The notes beneath the pieces are model-generated. The model was not told the origin of the DNA. It saw nothing but the letters and a program-made list of their open reading frames with translations, and made no database searches. Shown piece by piece: positions 7,804 to 18,079 of a DNA stretch of 64,000 bases. The position numbers were made by a program, and so were the translations under genes. The stretch comes from an uncultured Solibacteraceae bacterium. Lineage in GTDB: Bacteria; Acidobacteriota; Terriglobia; 20CM-2-55-15. Within the stretch, counting starts at the first letter, position 1, and each line of letters starts with the position of its first letter. The DNA is taken from the NCBI GenBank assembly GCA_964633285.1, contig CAZWGA010000016.1, positions 19,644 to 83,643 of the forward strand, written 5' to 3'.

Positions 7804-10377
7804 CTAAAATACAAACCCGATTGCGCCACTGTACGTTCGTGGCGCGACAAAGTGCGTACCGCTGAATGTCGAGTGGAAGTTATAGAGCGCAACTTTGTTT
7901 GCAAGGTTCGAAACAGTAAATCGCAACTTGATGCGCGACGACTCGTGAGCGTGGAGAAGGTTGTCCGTGCCGATACCGAGATCGAAGATGTGTCGCGGCG
8001 CAATTCGCGGCGGATTCCGGTCGTCATCCGCTGTTCCTTCGGCAGGAATTCTCACCCGAGTGGCGCCGAAACCGGATTTACACGAAGGAATCCCGTTATC
8101 CGGAGTTGCGATCTGACTGCCGCAAAAGAAACCAATCGCCGATTGTTCCGCGGGAGTCAATGCCAGGGCATCATCAAGACTTGCGACCGATCCTGCGACA
8201 AGTCCGCTGTCGTAGCGCCACGTCAACGCGGCCCAGGGCCCGTCCTTTTTCCATTGATACCGGATATTCGTCGTTTGCTGAAAATTCTGATCGTGGTCAA
8301 TCCGGAAGACGTCTCCCCCTTCCGGGAAGAAGCGCGCACGGTTGTGTCCCATTGTCGTGAACCACTGTAAGCCGTGAATATTCGTCGAACTCAACCGCAG
8401 GGAGAACCCGTCCAGCCTGGATTTCGGCCACGTGATCGGAAATGCGATGGGAGTATTGAAGAGAACGCCGAAATCATAAGCATTATCGGTGCGTTTCCAG
8501 AAATAATCGGCCTCTATCTGAACGTAACGGCTCAACGCCTGTTGGAATCCGACGTTGTATTGATTCCGGTGACCGGGCTTAACCGGCGCCTGTCCTTCCT
8601 GTGAGAACGCGTCAACCAGGACCGATGCACTCTCCGAGGTCGCAACCAGCAGGTTCTCGTTGTAAGGAGTTTCCATCGTGCGAGCGTAGCCGGCATGAAG
8701 GACAGTCTGGGTGTGACCAATCAGGTAAGAAACGCCCACTCGTGGTTCTGCCTGTGTGTCCTGAATGCCGCCTACACCATCGTAGCGGTCGATGCGCAAT
8801 CCCGGATTGAGCGTCAGATGCCCGATCGTGAGCGCATCCTGGATGTAAGCGGCATATTCATTCACGCTTCCGGCGGCGCCAAATCGGAATAATGATCCTC
8901 CGCGCGTCAGATCCAAACCCAGCAGGCCGGGATTGAAATCAGGATTTGGAACAAAACCCCTGGCCGCGCATTGAGCCGGGTTCTTGATAGCCGGCAGTGC
9001 TTGAGGATTACCCGCGCCATTCACACACACCGGATTGAACGTATAATCCGTGATTCCAAGATTGAAACTTTCCTGCAGATGTGTCTGCATCAACTGGCCG
9101 CCGATTTTCACGTTGTGATGCCCCGCGGTGTAAGAGACGTCTCCACGTACTCCCCAGTTGGTCAATCGACGGCTCTGTGCAACCGTGGCAGGAGAATCGT
9201 CTGAAGGATCCGGACTGGGATAGTAATGAACACGGTCCTGACGGACGAACGGATTGATGGTCATCAGCATCGTCGAATTGAAGGTGTGCTGGTATCCGGG
9301 TGCGACGTCGAATGTGACGACTTTTTGCCGCTGGTCCTGGGCCGGCTGATCGAGACTGTTTGGAGTTTGGAACCAATTCCTGGCCAGCAGGATGTTGAGG
9401 TGGAGCGCATCCTTGCTGTTCGGCACATAGTCCAGCCGGTGGAACGTATTGCTGTTGTTTCCGATGGCATGAATCGGTTGGAATTCCGGAGTATCGAGGA
9501 AGCGGCCGGATCTCAGGCCGTTCGCGGCCATGAACCATCCCACTTTCGGTCCACCAAGGCCGACACTCGCTTCAAGCGAAGGAGTTCCGAATGAACCATA
9601 TTGAGCGAGTACTTCGCCTTTTGGTTTCATGAGCCCAAGGCCGGAGCGTGTAGTGGCATTGACGACGAGACTTGTTTTGTCGCCGAACTCGGCATTCGGC
9701 GTCCCGGTGACCACTTCCATGTTTTGAATCGCATTAACAGGAACCTGTGTCGAAAACGCCTTGCTCTGTTGATCGCTGATCGGTTGACCATCGATGGCAA
9801 AAGATGTCTGGGCATGATCTCCAAGCGGATGAAAGAAACCGTTTGAATCCGCAACAACGCCCGGCGACGACAACACGATGGCGTCGCTCAAACCGGAGGC
9901 CGGCGAAAACGCCGGCAACTTATCGAGCGTGGTGATATTCACATCGGCGTGCGCGTAGGGAACGTTCTCAAGAATATCTCCTCCGTCAGCTTCGACCTGG
10001 ACTGTCTGGCTGATACCGGCTACTGAAAGCGTTACCTTGACGGGCACGGTCACCGCGCTTCGCACGTTCACATCCTGCGCCGCCGGTGCGAATCCTTGTT
10101 GAGAGACCTGGAGGTGGTAAGGATTGAATGGAACATTAGTAAATCGAAAAGTTCCCATCGAATCCGTTACCGCTGTCTGATCGAATCCGGTTATCGGATT
10201 TCGCAACTCCACCATAGCGCCGGCAACAACACCGCCGCTCGCATCGGCAACAGTGCCTTCAATCGTGCCGCTTGCCACGGATTGCGCGGACAGAGCGCCG
10301 GAATGGAAACAAATGGCCAGGCCGGCCACAGCCAGAATGAACGCACAGAAAACACTATGAAATACGGATCGCTGCAT
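7804..10377 (-). CDS. TonB-dependent receptor with N-terminal carboxypeptidase-regulatory-like domain
   Basis: Signal peptide, GTIEGTVADASG...TDSMGTFRF, plug-like IDGQPISD, C-terminal aromatic GFVF; GGAGG RBS. Confidence 0.9.
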   Translation of the reverse strand: MQRSVFHSVFCAFILAVAGLAICFHSGALSAQSVASGTIEGTVADASGGVVAGAMVELRNPITGFDQTAVTDSMGTFRFTNVPFNPYHLQVSQQGFAPAAQDVNVRSAVTVPVKVTLSVAGISQTVQVEADGGDILENVPYAHADVNITTLDKLPAFSPASGLSDAIVLSSPGVVADSNGFFHPLGDHAQTSFAIDGQPISDQQSKAFSTQVPVNAIQNMEVVTGTPNAEFGDKTSLVVNATTRSGLGLMKPKGEVLAQYGSFGTPSLEASVGLGGPKVGWFMAANGLRSGRFLDTPEFQPIHAIGNNSNTFHRLDYVPNSKDALHLNILLARNWFQTPNSLDQPAQDQRQKVVTFDVAPGYQHTFNSTMLMTINPFVRQDRVHYYPSPDPSDDSPATVAQSRRLTNWGVRGDVSYTAGHHNVKIGGQLMQTHLQESFNLGITDYTFNPVCVNGAGNPQALPAIKNPAQCAARGFVPNPDFNPGLLGLDLTRGGSLFRFGAAGSVNEYAAYIQDALTIGHLTLNPGLRIDRYDGVGGIQDTQAEPRVGVSYLIGHTQTVLHAGYARTMETPYNENLLVATSESASVLVDAFSQEGQAPVKPGHRNQYNVGFQQALSRYVQIEADYFWKRTDNAYDFGVLFNTPIAFPITWPKSRLDGFSLRLSSTNIHGLQWFTTMGHNRARFFPEGGDVFRIDHDQNFQQTTNIRYQWKKDGPWAALTWRYDSGLVAGSVASLDDALALTPAEQSAIGFFCGSQIATPDNGIPSCKSGFGATRVRIPAEGTADDDRNPPRIAPRHIFDLGIGTDNLLHAHESSRIKLRFTVSNLANKVALYNFHSTFSGTHFVAPRTYSGAIGFVF

Positions 10378-10472
10378 AAGTCCTCCCTTGCAAATGAAAA
10401 TAGAAAATGCGGCACGCAGGCGCTCGCACGAGAACGCGCGATCACCGGGTGACCAATTAATGATGATTTAGA

Positions 10473-10766
10473 TTAAAGAGAGGAGAGTTGCGGCGGCGCC
10501 CGTGAAGGGGAAAAGTCGAAGTACTCCCATCCGGCACTCCCAACTTCGGAGGCCGGACTGTACCATTCCACAGCGATTGGCGCATCGAGTACGACGGTGA
10601 ACGGTACATGAAGGGATGGCAGGTCGCGAGCGAAACAGACTTCACATCGCTGCCCTGACAAATCCTGATGCCAATGGATGAGCGTCAAGAACGCTGCCGC
10701 CAGCAGCGTAACTGTCAGAATTGTGGACATCCATCGGCGTGAAAGACGTGGATGTAAAACCCTCAT
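10473..10766 (-). CDS. DUF2946-like leader protein (TM, HxH, CxxC, C-terminal RAPP)
   Basis: Hydrophobic segment, HWH, CEVC, and PSRAPP near the C-terminus; directly upstream of and co-oriented with the TonB-dependent receptor. Confidence 0.75.
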   Translation of the reverse strand: MRVLHPRLSRRWMSTILTVTLLAAAFLTLIHWHQDLSGQRCEVCFARDLPSLHVPFTVVLDAPIAVEWYSPASEVGSAGWEYFDFSPSRAPPQLSSL

Positions 10767-10920
10767 GACTGAGCATCATAAATCCGATACGGCAGATGTG
10801 TAAACCCATTCCAAGGATCTTGCTCCCAGGAGCTATTTGATTTGCGTTCCATGTGGCGTAGAACGTCAAACCAAGTTATCGTACGCAAAACACGATCCTT
10901 CATTCAGGGAGCTTCAAAAG

Positions 10921-11844
10921 ATGAGACAGTTGAAAACCTTGGTTCTAGTCTCCGTGATTGCGCTCGGTCTCACCGCAGCGCTGGTTGTTGAAGCGCAACA
11001 GCGCGGCCAGACGCTTGTGTGGGCGCCGGTTCCGAGCACGCATCCGGGGTGGACTGCTCCGAACAAACCGCATTGGAAGTTGTCCGAGTTGCTTGGTTCA
11101 CACAAAGGGCAGGCTGCGTGGAAAGAGACGGTTGTTGCCGATTCTCTTCTTCACGCCGACTACATTCAATTGGCGCCGGGCACGAAGACCAAGCGGCAGT
11201 TCCAGCCGGATAATCCGATCTGGTGGGTCGTTCAGGCCGGAACGGTACAGTTCAACATTGAAGGACAGCCGCCGGTCACCGCGACAAAAGGCTTTCTGGT
11301 TCAGGCGCCGTATCGCAACGTTTACAACATGGAAGTCATTGGCGACGCGCCCGCCCTGTTCCTCGAAGTTACGGTGACGGGATCGCCCGTGATGTATCCC
11401 CTCGATGAGACGCCGGCTCCTGTTCCCGGCATGGAGTTCGTGAAAGTTCGCATCAGCGGAAAAAAGAATTACGACGCGAGGAACAAGCCGTTCCTCGATT
11501 TCAACGGCATGATTGCCGCCGGAAAGAATCCGGCCGGCGCGTTCGTGTACGACGATCGCGCCTTCGCGAATATCATTCGAGGAAATCCGCAGACCGACAA
11601 TCCCAAAGACAAAGGACACTTCCATGAAGTTTCGGGTGAATTCTGGTTCATCCTCGAAGGCCAGATCGAATACAAGATCGGTTCCCTGCCGATTTTCCTC
11701 GCGGATCAGGGCGACATTGTCTACGTGCCGAAAGGAATGTGGCATCGCGCGCATCACGGCGGGACAGGAACGTCCACGCGTCTCGCTATGAACGGCTATC
11801 CGGAGATGCTGCACAACTATCAGCCGAATGAAGAGCTGAGATAA
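10921..11844 (+). CDS. Exported bicupin protein
   Basis: Signal peptide from ATG 10921; cupin motifs GHFHEVSGEFWFILEG and GDIVYVPKGMWH; the first cupin is degenerate. Confidence 0.82.
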   Translation: MRQLKTLVLVSVIALGLTAALVVEAQQRGQTLVWAPVPSTHPGWTAPNKPHWKLSELLGSHKGQAAWKETVVADSLLHADYIQLAPGTKTKRQFQPDNPIWWVVQAGTVQFNIEGQPPVTATKGFLVQAPYRNVYNMEVIGDAPALFLEVTVTGSPVMYPLDETPAPVPGMEFVKVRISGKKNYDARNKPFLDFNGMIAAGKNPAGAFVYDDRAFANIIRGNPQTDNPKDKGHFHEVSGEFWFILEGQIEYKIGSLPIFLADQGDIVYVPKGMWHRAHHGGTGTSTRLAMNGYPEMLHNYQPNEELR

Positions 11845-11856
11845 GGAGATCCATTT

Positions 11857-13137
11857 ATGCGTTTGATGAAATCGACGGCACTGTTTCTGCTTCTTTTATT
11901 GATCGTCGCCCTGACCGGAGCCGCGATTGCTGAAACTCCCCGGGCCGCGAAACCCGAAGATGTCGGTATTTCTTCACAGCGGCTGCAGAGAATTCACGAC
12001 CTCGTCCAACGCAACATCGATGCCGGAAGTTTCTCCGGCGCCGTGACGCTGGTTGCGCGCAGCGGCAAGATCGCTCACTTTGAAGCTCAGGGGCTGATGG
12101 ATATCGAAACGAAGAAGCCGATGGTGAAAGACGCGATGTTCCGGATCATGTCGATGACCAAGCCTGTCGTCGGAGTCGCGGTATTGATGATGATCGAAGA
12201 AGGCAAGGTCCGGCTCAACGATCCGATATCGAGATTCATTCCGGAATTCAAAGATCAGAAAGTGGGCGTGCTCCTGCCCAATCAACCCGCTGCTCCCGCA
12301 GGACAACGCGGAACCGCTCTGAAGTTCTATACCGTTCCCGCTGAACGCGAAATCACAGTCAAGGATCTGCTCACGCATACTTCAGGTCTGGTCAGCGGTC
12401 CGATCGGCAACAGCGAAAACGCGAAAGTCGCGTTGAAAGGCGCCGAGTCCAACGCCGATTACATCCCGCGCCTCGGCACAACGCCGCTTGAGTTTCAGCC
12501 GGGCACGCGATGGGCGTATAGCGCGACGGCTGCGTTTGATACTCTCGTGCGCGTTGTTGAAATTGCGTCCGGTCAAAAGTTCGATCAGTTCGCAAGCCAG
12601 CGCATATTCACACCGCTCGGAATGAAGGATACTTTCTTCTATCCGGCCGAATCCTACAAACCGCGAATCGCCACGCTGTATTCGCGAACCGGCGGCAAAC
12701 TTCAAAAGGCGAACAATCCAGCGTTCATGAATGGCGTGTTCTTTTCGGGCGGCGGCGGGTTGATCAGCACGGCTGAAGACTATCTGCAATTCGGATTGAT
12801 GCTGGTGAACGGCGGACAACTCAACGGAAAGCGATTGCTCAGCCCCAGAACCGTCGAAATGATGCGCTCTGTTTTCATCCCCGACACGTTGCCGGGCCGC
12901 GCCCGCGGCGAAGGCTATGGCCTGAGCGTCCGCGTCGTGAATGATCCACTACAACGAGGGACGGCAATCTCGGCCGGCAGCTTCGGATGGAGCGGCGCCT
13001 ATGGAACACATTTCTGGGTGGATCCTAAAGAAAAGGTCGTCGCCGTTCTGATGACGCAAACGTCCACTCCCGGAGTTACTGGCGACTTTGAGAACGCGGT
13101 CATGCAGACCATCGTCGAACCCGCCGAGAATCATTAG
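11857..13137 (+). CDS. Exported serine hydrolase, beta-lactamase (class C/esterase VIII) family
   Basis: SMTK (SxxK), LLTHTSG, PGTRWAYS, WSGAYGT motifs; AGGAG RBS. Confidence 0.9.
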   Translation: MRLMKSTALFLLLLLIVALTGAAIAETPRAAKPEDVGISSQRLQRIHDLVQRNIDAGSFSGAVTLVARSGKIAHFEAQGLMDIETKKPMVKDAMFRIMSMTKPVVGVAVLMMIEEGKVRLNDPISRFIPEFKDQKVGVLLPNQPAAPAGQRGTALKFYTVPAEREITVKDLLTHTSGLVSGPIGNSENAKVALKGAESNADYIPRLGTTPLEFQPGTRWAYSATAAFDTLVRVVEIASGQKFDQFASQRIFTPLGMKDTFFYPAESYKPRIATLYSRTGGKLQKANNPAFMNGVFFSGGGGLISTAEDYLQFGLMLVNGGQLNGKRLLSPRTVEMMRSVFIPDTLPGRARGEGYGLSVRVVNDPLQRGTAISAGSFGWSGAYGTHFWVDPKEKVVAVLMTQTSTPGVTGDFENAVMQTIVEPAENH

Positions 13138-13140
13138 CGA

Positions 13141-14322
13141 TTAGTCGATCGGAAATCCGGCGTAATTCTCCGCCAGGCTGGTCATGGCGGCGCGCGAGTT
13201 GGTCACGTATTCCAGTTCCGCAAGCTGGCGCCTGCAGTCGAACGGATTATCGGTGTTCGATTTGTGCAGCATCGAGGTCATCCACCACGAAAATCGCTGC
13301 GCGCGCCAGACACGCCGCAGACAATCGTCGGAATAACGCTCGAGCAATTCCTCGCTCCCGTGCTGATAATAATCTGCAATCGCGCGCGACAAACGCCAGA
13401 CATCGGCGATCGCCAGATTCAAGCCCTTCGCGCCGGTCGGCGGAACAATGTGCGCGGAATCACCCGCAAGATACATCCGTCCGCATCGCATCGGTTCGGC
13501 CACAAAGCTGCGCATTCCAGTCACGCCCTTCTGCGTGATGGGACCCACATTGGGCTTCCATCCGTCCCTGCTCCCCAGGCGCGTCAGAAGCTCCGACCAA
13601 ATGCGGTCATCGGGCCATTGCGCGAGATCCTCATCCGGCGCGCACTGCAGATAGAGCCTTGTCACCGCACTCGATCGCATGCTGAACAATGCGAAGCCGT
13701 TTTGATGCAGGCTGTAGACGAGCTCCGGAGATGAAGGTGATGCATTCGCGAGAATGCCCAGCCACGCGAACGGATAAACGCGCTCGTAGATGCGAATCCG
13801 GTTCTGGGGGATCGATGGCCGGCAAATGCCATGAAAACCATCGCAGCCGGCAACGAAATCGCACTGGATCTCGTGCCCTTCCGATTCACTGGTGAAGCGA
13901 ATCTTCGGCTGGTTCGAGTCCAGGTCCTGGACGCCGACATCACCCACTTCAAACAAAAGCGGCCGGCCGGTGGCGGCGCGGGCGGCGATGAGATCTTTCA
14001 CCACCTCGTTCTGCCCGTACACCGTGATCCGCCGGCCTGTCAGCGCAGCCATGTCGATGCGGCGCCGGTCTCCATGCACGTTGATGTAGATGCCGTCGTG
14101 AGACATGCTTTCGCGCCGAAGCCGCTCGCCAACGCCACTCTCGATCAGCAGATCCACCGTGGCTTGCTCGAGTACTCCGGCACGAACACGCTCAATAACG
14201 TAGTCCTGAGCCCGGTTTTCGATGATGACGGAGTCAATCCCCGCCAGATGCAGGAGGTGTCCCAGCATCAAACCGGCCGGTCCGGCTCCGACAATCCCAA
14301 CCTGAGTGCGCATCGTTCTCAT
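13141..14322 (-). CDS. pobA: 4-hydroxybenzoate 3-monooxygenase
   Basis: GAGPAG, RVRAGVLE, GCDGFHG, YPFAWLG, FSMRS, GDSAHIVPPTGAKGLNLA, RFSWWMT, LAENY: the full PHBH signature. Confidence 0.95.
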   Translation of the reverse strand: MRTMRTQVGIVGAGPAGLMLGHLLHLAGIDSVIIENRAQDYVIERVRAGVLEQATVDLLIESGVGERLRRESMSHDGIYINVHGDRRRIDMAALTGRRITVYGQNEVVKDLIAARAATGRPLLFEVGDVGVQDLDSNQPKIRFTSESEGHEIQCDFVAGCDGFHGICRPSIPQNRIRIYERVYPFAWLGILANASPSSPELVYSLHQNGFALFSMRSSAVTRLYLQCAPDEDLAQWPDDRIWSELLTRLGSRDGWKPNVGPITQKGVTGMRSFVAEPMRCGRMYLAGDSAHIVPPTGAKGLNLAIADVWRLSRAIADYYQHGSEELLERYSDDCLRRVWRAQRFSWWMTSMLHKSNTDNPFDCRRQLAELEYVTNSRAAMTSLAENYAGFPID

Positions 14323-14362
14323 CTGAATCGCTGGTAAGGATATCAGAGCCGGCGGCGGCAGA

Positions 14363-15343
14363 TTACCTGGTATGTTTGCTGAAGAACGCAAAAATATCCG
14401 GCATTCCGGTCGCGATCACGCTGCCATGATCTCCTCCCGGAATTTCGTGATACTCGTGCGTCATGTTGAGTTCTTTTAATTTGTCCGCCCAGCGCCGTGT
14501 ATTGGCGACTGGCACAGCAGTGTCCGCATCACCCTGAACGATGATCACCGGCATGTCTTTAATCGACGCGAGCGAGTCGGGATTGAGACCGAATGCAGCC
14601 GGAGCAATCGCTGCAATCGCAGCCCAATTCGATGGATATTTCACGCCGAGATAAAGCGTTCCCGCGCCGCCCATCGAATGACCCATCAAATAAGTTCGGT
14701 GCTCATCGATGTTGAACTCCTTGCGCATCATCTCCAGAACATTCAGCGTGTCCTTTTCACTCACGTCACGAACTTTCGCCGCATCGGTTACCGCAGTTCC
14801 ACCCGCGGTCGCCGCGGGATTTGCGCCGCGTCCCGCTCCATCTCCGCGTGGAGCCGCAGGAGGATTCGCACCGTTGCCGCGCGGAGGCGCCGCAGGATTG
14901 GCTGCGTTGGGCGCACCGCGGTTCCCACGGGGCGCACCCACAGGAATGCCATACCAACCTCCGGAGTTATACCCCATTGGCGCGACAAGAATGTATCCAC
15001 CCTGTTCGGCAAGTTCCACCGCGCGATAACTTTCTCGGACCATCGTGTTTTGATCGCCACCCAGGCCGTGCAGCGCAACGATGAGAGGACTCTTTTTATC
15101 CTTGCGCACCTTTGAGGAAACAAACACGGCGTACGGAAGGAATTCGTTCGTGTCTTTGAACACATAAACCCTCTGCTGAACGCGAGGATCGACTCGCCCG
15201 CGCTGCCCACCGCCACGAGGGGCCTGCTGTCCAGCGGCAGTTGCGGGTCCGGGTTGCTGGGCCAATTGAACCTGGGACCATGCGATCTCAAAGCTCAGCA
15301 CGAGCCCGGCAATCAGTCCCACTTTGAAAAGATGTCTCGTCAT
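14363..15343 (-). CDS. Exported alpha/beta-hydrolase (esterase/PHB-depolymerase-like)
   Basis: AGGAG before ATG 15343, signal peptide, ALHGLGG, GHSMGG nucleophile, GDAD and GGDH triad. Confidence 0.85.
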   Translation of the reverse strand: MTRHLFKVGLIAGLVLSFEIAWSQVQLAQQPGPATAAGQQAPRGGGQRGRVDPRVQQRVYVFKDTNEFLPYAVFVSSKVRKDKKSPLIVALHGLGGDQNTMVRESYRAVELAEQGGYILVAPMGYNSGGWYGIPVGAPRGNRGAPNAANPAAPPRGNGANPPAAPRGDGAGRGANPAATAGGTAVTDAAKVRDVSEKDTLNVLEMMRKEFNIDEHRTYLMGHSMGGAGTLYLGVKYPSNWAAIAAIAPAAFGLNPDSLASIKDMPVIIVQGDADTAVPVANTRRWADKLKELNMTHEYHEIPGGDHGSVIATGMPDIFAFFSKHTR

Positions 15344-15476
15344 AGTTCTCCTTATTATTAGCGTCGGGCCCACCGTCCAGTTCAGTTCGGTACACCGCTT
15401 CGCGGCCTCATTACTGCTGGCCGGTCCCCCCACGCCAGGGGAGATGGATTTCATACCATCTCCTTATTCGTGATTT

Positions 15477-17102
15477 CTAGAATCCCGTACTGCATACAAA
15501 ACTGGCCGCGTCATCGGTGCTGCCGGCTCCTTTATATTTCGCAACGAGCGGATACTGGCACAGCGGCCGTGAACGTGTGACCGCGCCTGACTGATCGCGG
15601 CGATTTGCCGTCAATGTCTCGGGAGCCTTTCCGTCTTCCACCCATGCGAGCAACGCTTCCAATTGTCCAGCCGGAGCCGGTCCGGCTCCGCCGCCGCAAT
15701 GCCCGACTCCCGGCGCCAGAAACAACCGGATGAATTCCGAAGTCTTTTGCGGCCCTCCCATCTGTTGCTGAACGCGCTTGTAGTAATCGATGGTTCCATC
15801 CGCCGTGATGAGTTGGTCCGCGAGTCCGTGCCACACAATCTCCTTGCCGCCGCGATTACGAAACTCTGTAAGGTCGGGGTTATCGGTTCCGATCACCTGG
15901 CCGTACTGCTCCAATGATTGATCCCATAATCGCTGGTATGCCGCAGGTGTGATCGTCGTCCAGTCGAACTGTGGATTCTGTGTGATGAAGTATTTCAGCC
16001 AGTCCAAAGAAAAGGTGAATGCCTGCGGCTGGAGCGGCGTTCCCCGTGTGCCGGCCAATGGACTCAAATCCGCTCCCCACGGCATCCCATACCAGAGGAA
16101 ACTTCCATCTTCCTTTGCAGGACCTTGCCAGAGCTTTCGAATCACGTCCGCGTCGGCTTGCGTAAACGCGCCGCATTCGCCGGCTGATGTTCCGACAAGA
16201 CTCTTCGGATCAAACGTGCAGCTCTTCGGGTTTTCGAGGACTCCATCTTTCACGCCATCGATCGCGTCGCACGCTGCGACCGCTGCTGCAGTTGCCGCCG
16301 CGAGCTTGCATTGAGGAACGGGATTCGACGCTTCCTTCATCACTACTGAACCCCAGAGCGATTGCATCATGAGCTTGGGCCAGTTAATGGCAGGAGCTCC
16401 GGATACGATGCCGTTGTAATCCTGCGGGTAACGTTGAGCCTCCATCAAACCCTGACGTCCGCCTGTCGAGCATCCGTTGAAATAGGAATAGCGTGGCGCC
16501 ACTCCGTACATGGCTTCAGTCAGCGCCTTTCCGGTGACCGTCATTTCGTGAATTCCAACGTGACCGTTGTCGCGAATCGACTGCCAGTTCAAACGCCCGT
16601 CCGCACCTAAAGCAAAACTGCCGCTGCCGCCTTCATGACCTGTGTCGGTCGCGCCCGCGGCGAAGCCCTGGGCAACAGGTTGATTGACGCCTCCCGCATT
16701 ACCGCCGGAGAATCCGCCCCCTCCCGTTCCCATGAACCGGCCATTCCAATTGGACGTGGGAAGGCCGATCCAGATCTTTACTTTGTCTCCTGCCGGCGGA
16801 TGTGTCGTGACCGCTGTCACGCGGCAGATGCCGGGATTACTCGGATCCACTCCGGCCGACTCGACCGTGGTATTCGGCAGTGCCAAGGCCGCGAGGCTTT
16901 CACATGAACGCACCGGTTTTGCATTCGCGATCAACGGCTTTGGCGGCACAGGCGGAGGCCCCGCCGCAGCGCCGCGTCCAGCACCTGCAGCAGGTCCGCC
17001 TTGCGGCAGCCCCCGCTGACCTCTTTGACCTTGTGAATAAACTATCGAAGACAGCGTCAGGCAGATTGCGGCGACAAACAGTAGCCGGCTTTTTCGGATC
17101 AT
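15477..17102 (-). CDS. Tannase/feruloyl esterase family hydrolase
   Basis: WNGRF, TDTGH, GCSTGGRQG, HGLADQLI, GVGHCGGG (CS-D-HC motif), RPLCQYP. Confidence 0.93.
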   Translation of the reverse strand: MIRKSRLLFVAAICLTLSSIVYSQGQRGQRGLPQGGPAAGAGRGAAAGPPPVPPKPLIANAKPVRSCESLAALALPNTTVESAGVDPSNPGICRVTAVTTHPPAGDKVKIWIGLPTSNWNGRFMGTGGGGFSGGNAGGVNQPVAQGFAAGATDTGHEGGSGSFALGADGRLNWQSIRDNGHVGIHEMTVTGKALTEAMYGVAPRYSYFNGCSTGGRQGLMEAQRYPQDYNGIVSGAPAINWPKLMMQSLWGSVVMKEASNPVPQCKLAAATAAAVAACDAIDGVKDGVLENPKSCTFDPKSLVGTSAGECGAFTQADADVIRKLWQGPAKEDGSFLWYGMPWGADLSPLAGTRGTPLQPQAFTFSLDWLKYFITQNPQFDWTTITPAAYQRLWDQSLEQYGQVIGTDNPDLTEFRNRGGKEIVWHGLADQLITADGTIDYYKRVQQQMGGPQKTSEFIRLFLAPGVGHCGGGAGPAPAGQLEALLAWVEDGKAPETLTANRRDQSGAVTRSRPLCQYPLVAKYKGAGSTDDAASFVCSTGF

Positions 17103-17171
17103 GGTCCCTCCCAACTTTAGGAATGAGCAGCGGTTGGATATAGTACGTTCCTCTGGAAACCGTCAAGTCTA

Positions 17172-17230
17172 AAAGATTATCGGAACAAAGATTATCGGCT
17201 CTGGCTCGTTTAGTTGTATTCGCATAATCT
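17172..17230. promoter_or_regulatory. Candidate GntR operator half-sites in the divergent promoter
   Basis: AAAGATTATCGG direct repeat at 17172-17183 and 17187-17198, plus an inverted core ATAATCT at 17224-17230. Confidence 0.5.
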
Positions 17231-17286
17231 ATTGAAGTACATTACCGACGCTTGCGACATTAGATAAAGGATGTGGTAAACCGCTC

Positions 17287-17979
17287 ATGCCTCCGACATT
17301 TCAAAAAATTGAACCCATCTCCAAGAAAGCCAGAATTGTGGTCACACTCCGGGACGCGATCCTTTCGGGCGCGATCCGGAGCGGAGAACAGATCGTGGAA
17401 GGAAAGCTTGCCCAGGAGCTTGGAGTGGGACAGGGACTGATTCGGGAAGCGCTGATCGAACTCGAGCATCAGGGTTTTGTTCAGCGAACTCCCTTCTCCG
17501 GCACGCAAGTGACGGAACTCACACTCCAGGATGCCCAGCAGATCTTTGATCTTCGTATTGAATTAGAACCCCTGGCTTTTTTCCTCGCGGGATCCAATGC
17601 GAAAGGGCAACACATCTCCGAGTTGAGGGAAATGGCAGAAAGGGCAACGATCGCGTCGAAGGCTGGCGACCTGAATTCGTTTTTTGAAAATCATCTTTTA
17701 TTCCGGCGAAGAGTCTGGAAGTTATCAGGGAACAGATACCTCGAGCAGGTTCTCGAACGTGTGGTGATTCCGTTGTACGCGCTGTACGTGATCCGGCAGT
17801 CGTATAACCTCGAGGGAATCCGCCAAACCACAATCGACTGCACCGAACATCAAGACAGGATACTTGCCGCTTACGAACAGCGAAACTTTGAAGAAGCTCG
17901 TGAAACAGCGCGCTCCTTCCTGAAGAAGATGAAAGAGTACCTGGGCACGCGGCTCCCTCCGGCATCGACCAGCGTTTAA
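17287..17979 (+). CDS. GntR/FCD family transcriptional regulator
   Basis: LRDAILSG...LAQELGV...IREALIELEHQGFV wHTH followed by an FCD domain. Confidence 0.9.
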   Translation: MPPTFQKIEPISKKARIVVTLRDAILSGAIRSGEQIVEGKLAQELGVGQGLIREALIELEHQGFVQRTPFSGTQVTELTLQDAQQIFDLRIELEPLAFFLAGSNAKGQHISELREMAERATIASKAGDLNSFFENHLLFRRRVWKLSGNRYLEQVLERVVIPLYALYVIRQSYNLEGIRQTTIDCTEHQDRILAAYEQRNFEEARETARSFLKKMKEYLGTRLPPASTSV

Positions 17980-18079
17980 AATATCGAGACTACATTTTCG
18001 TACGTTGAGACTGCTACGCTCGAATACCGCTTTTCAAGGCCAAGCCAAATCTCGTACCATTCGCGCTGAGGTGGAGGAA

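Noticed and set aside
11857-13137. Antibiotic-resistance beta-lactamase
   Set aside because: SxxK/YS/WxG pattern fits family VIII esterases or peptidases, and the KTG motif is absent.
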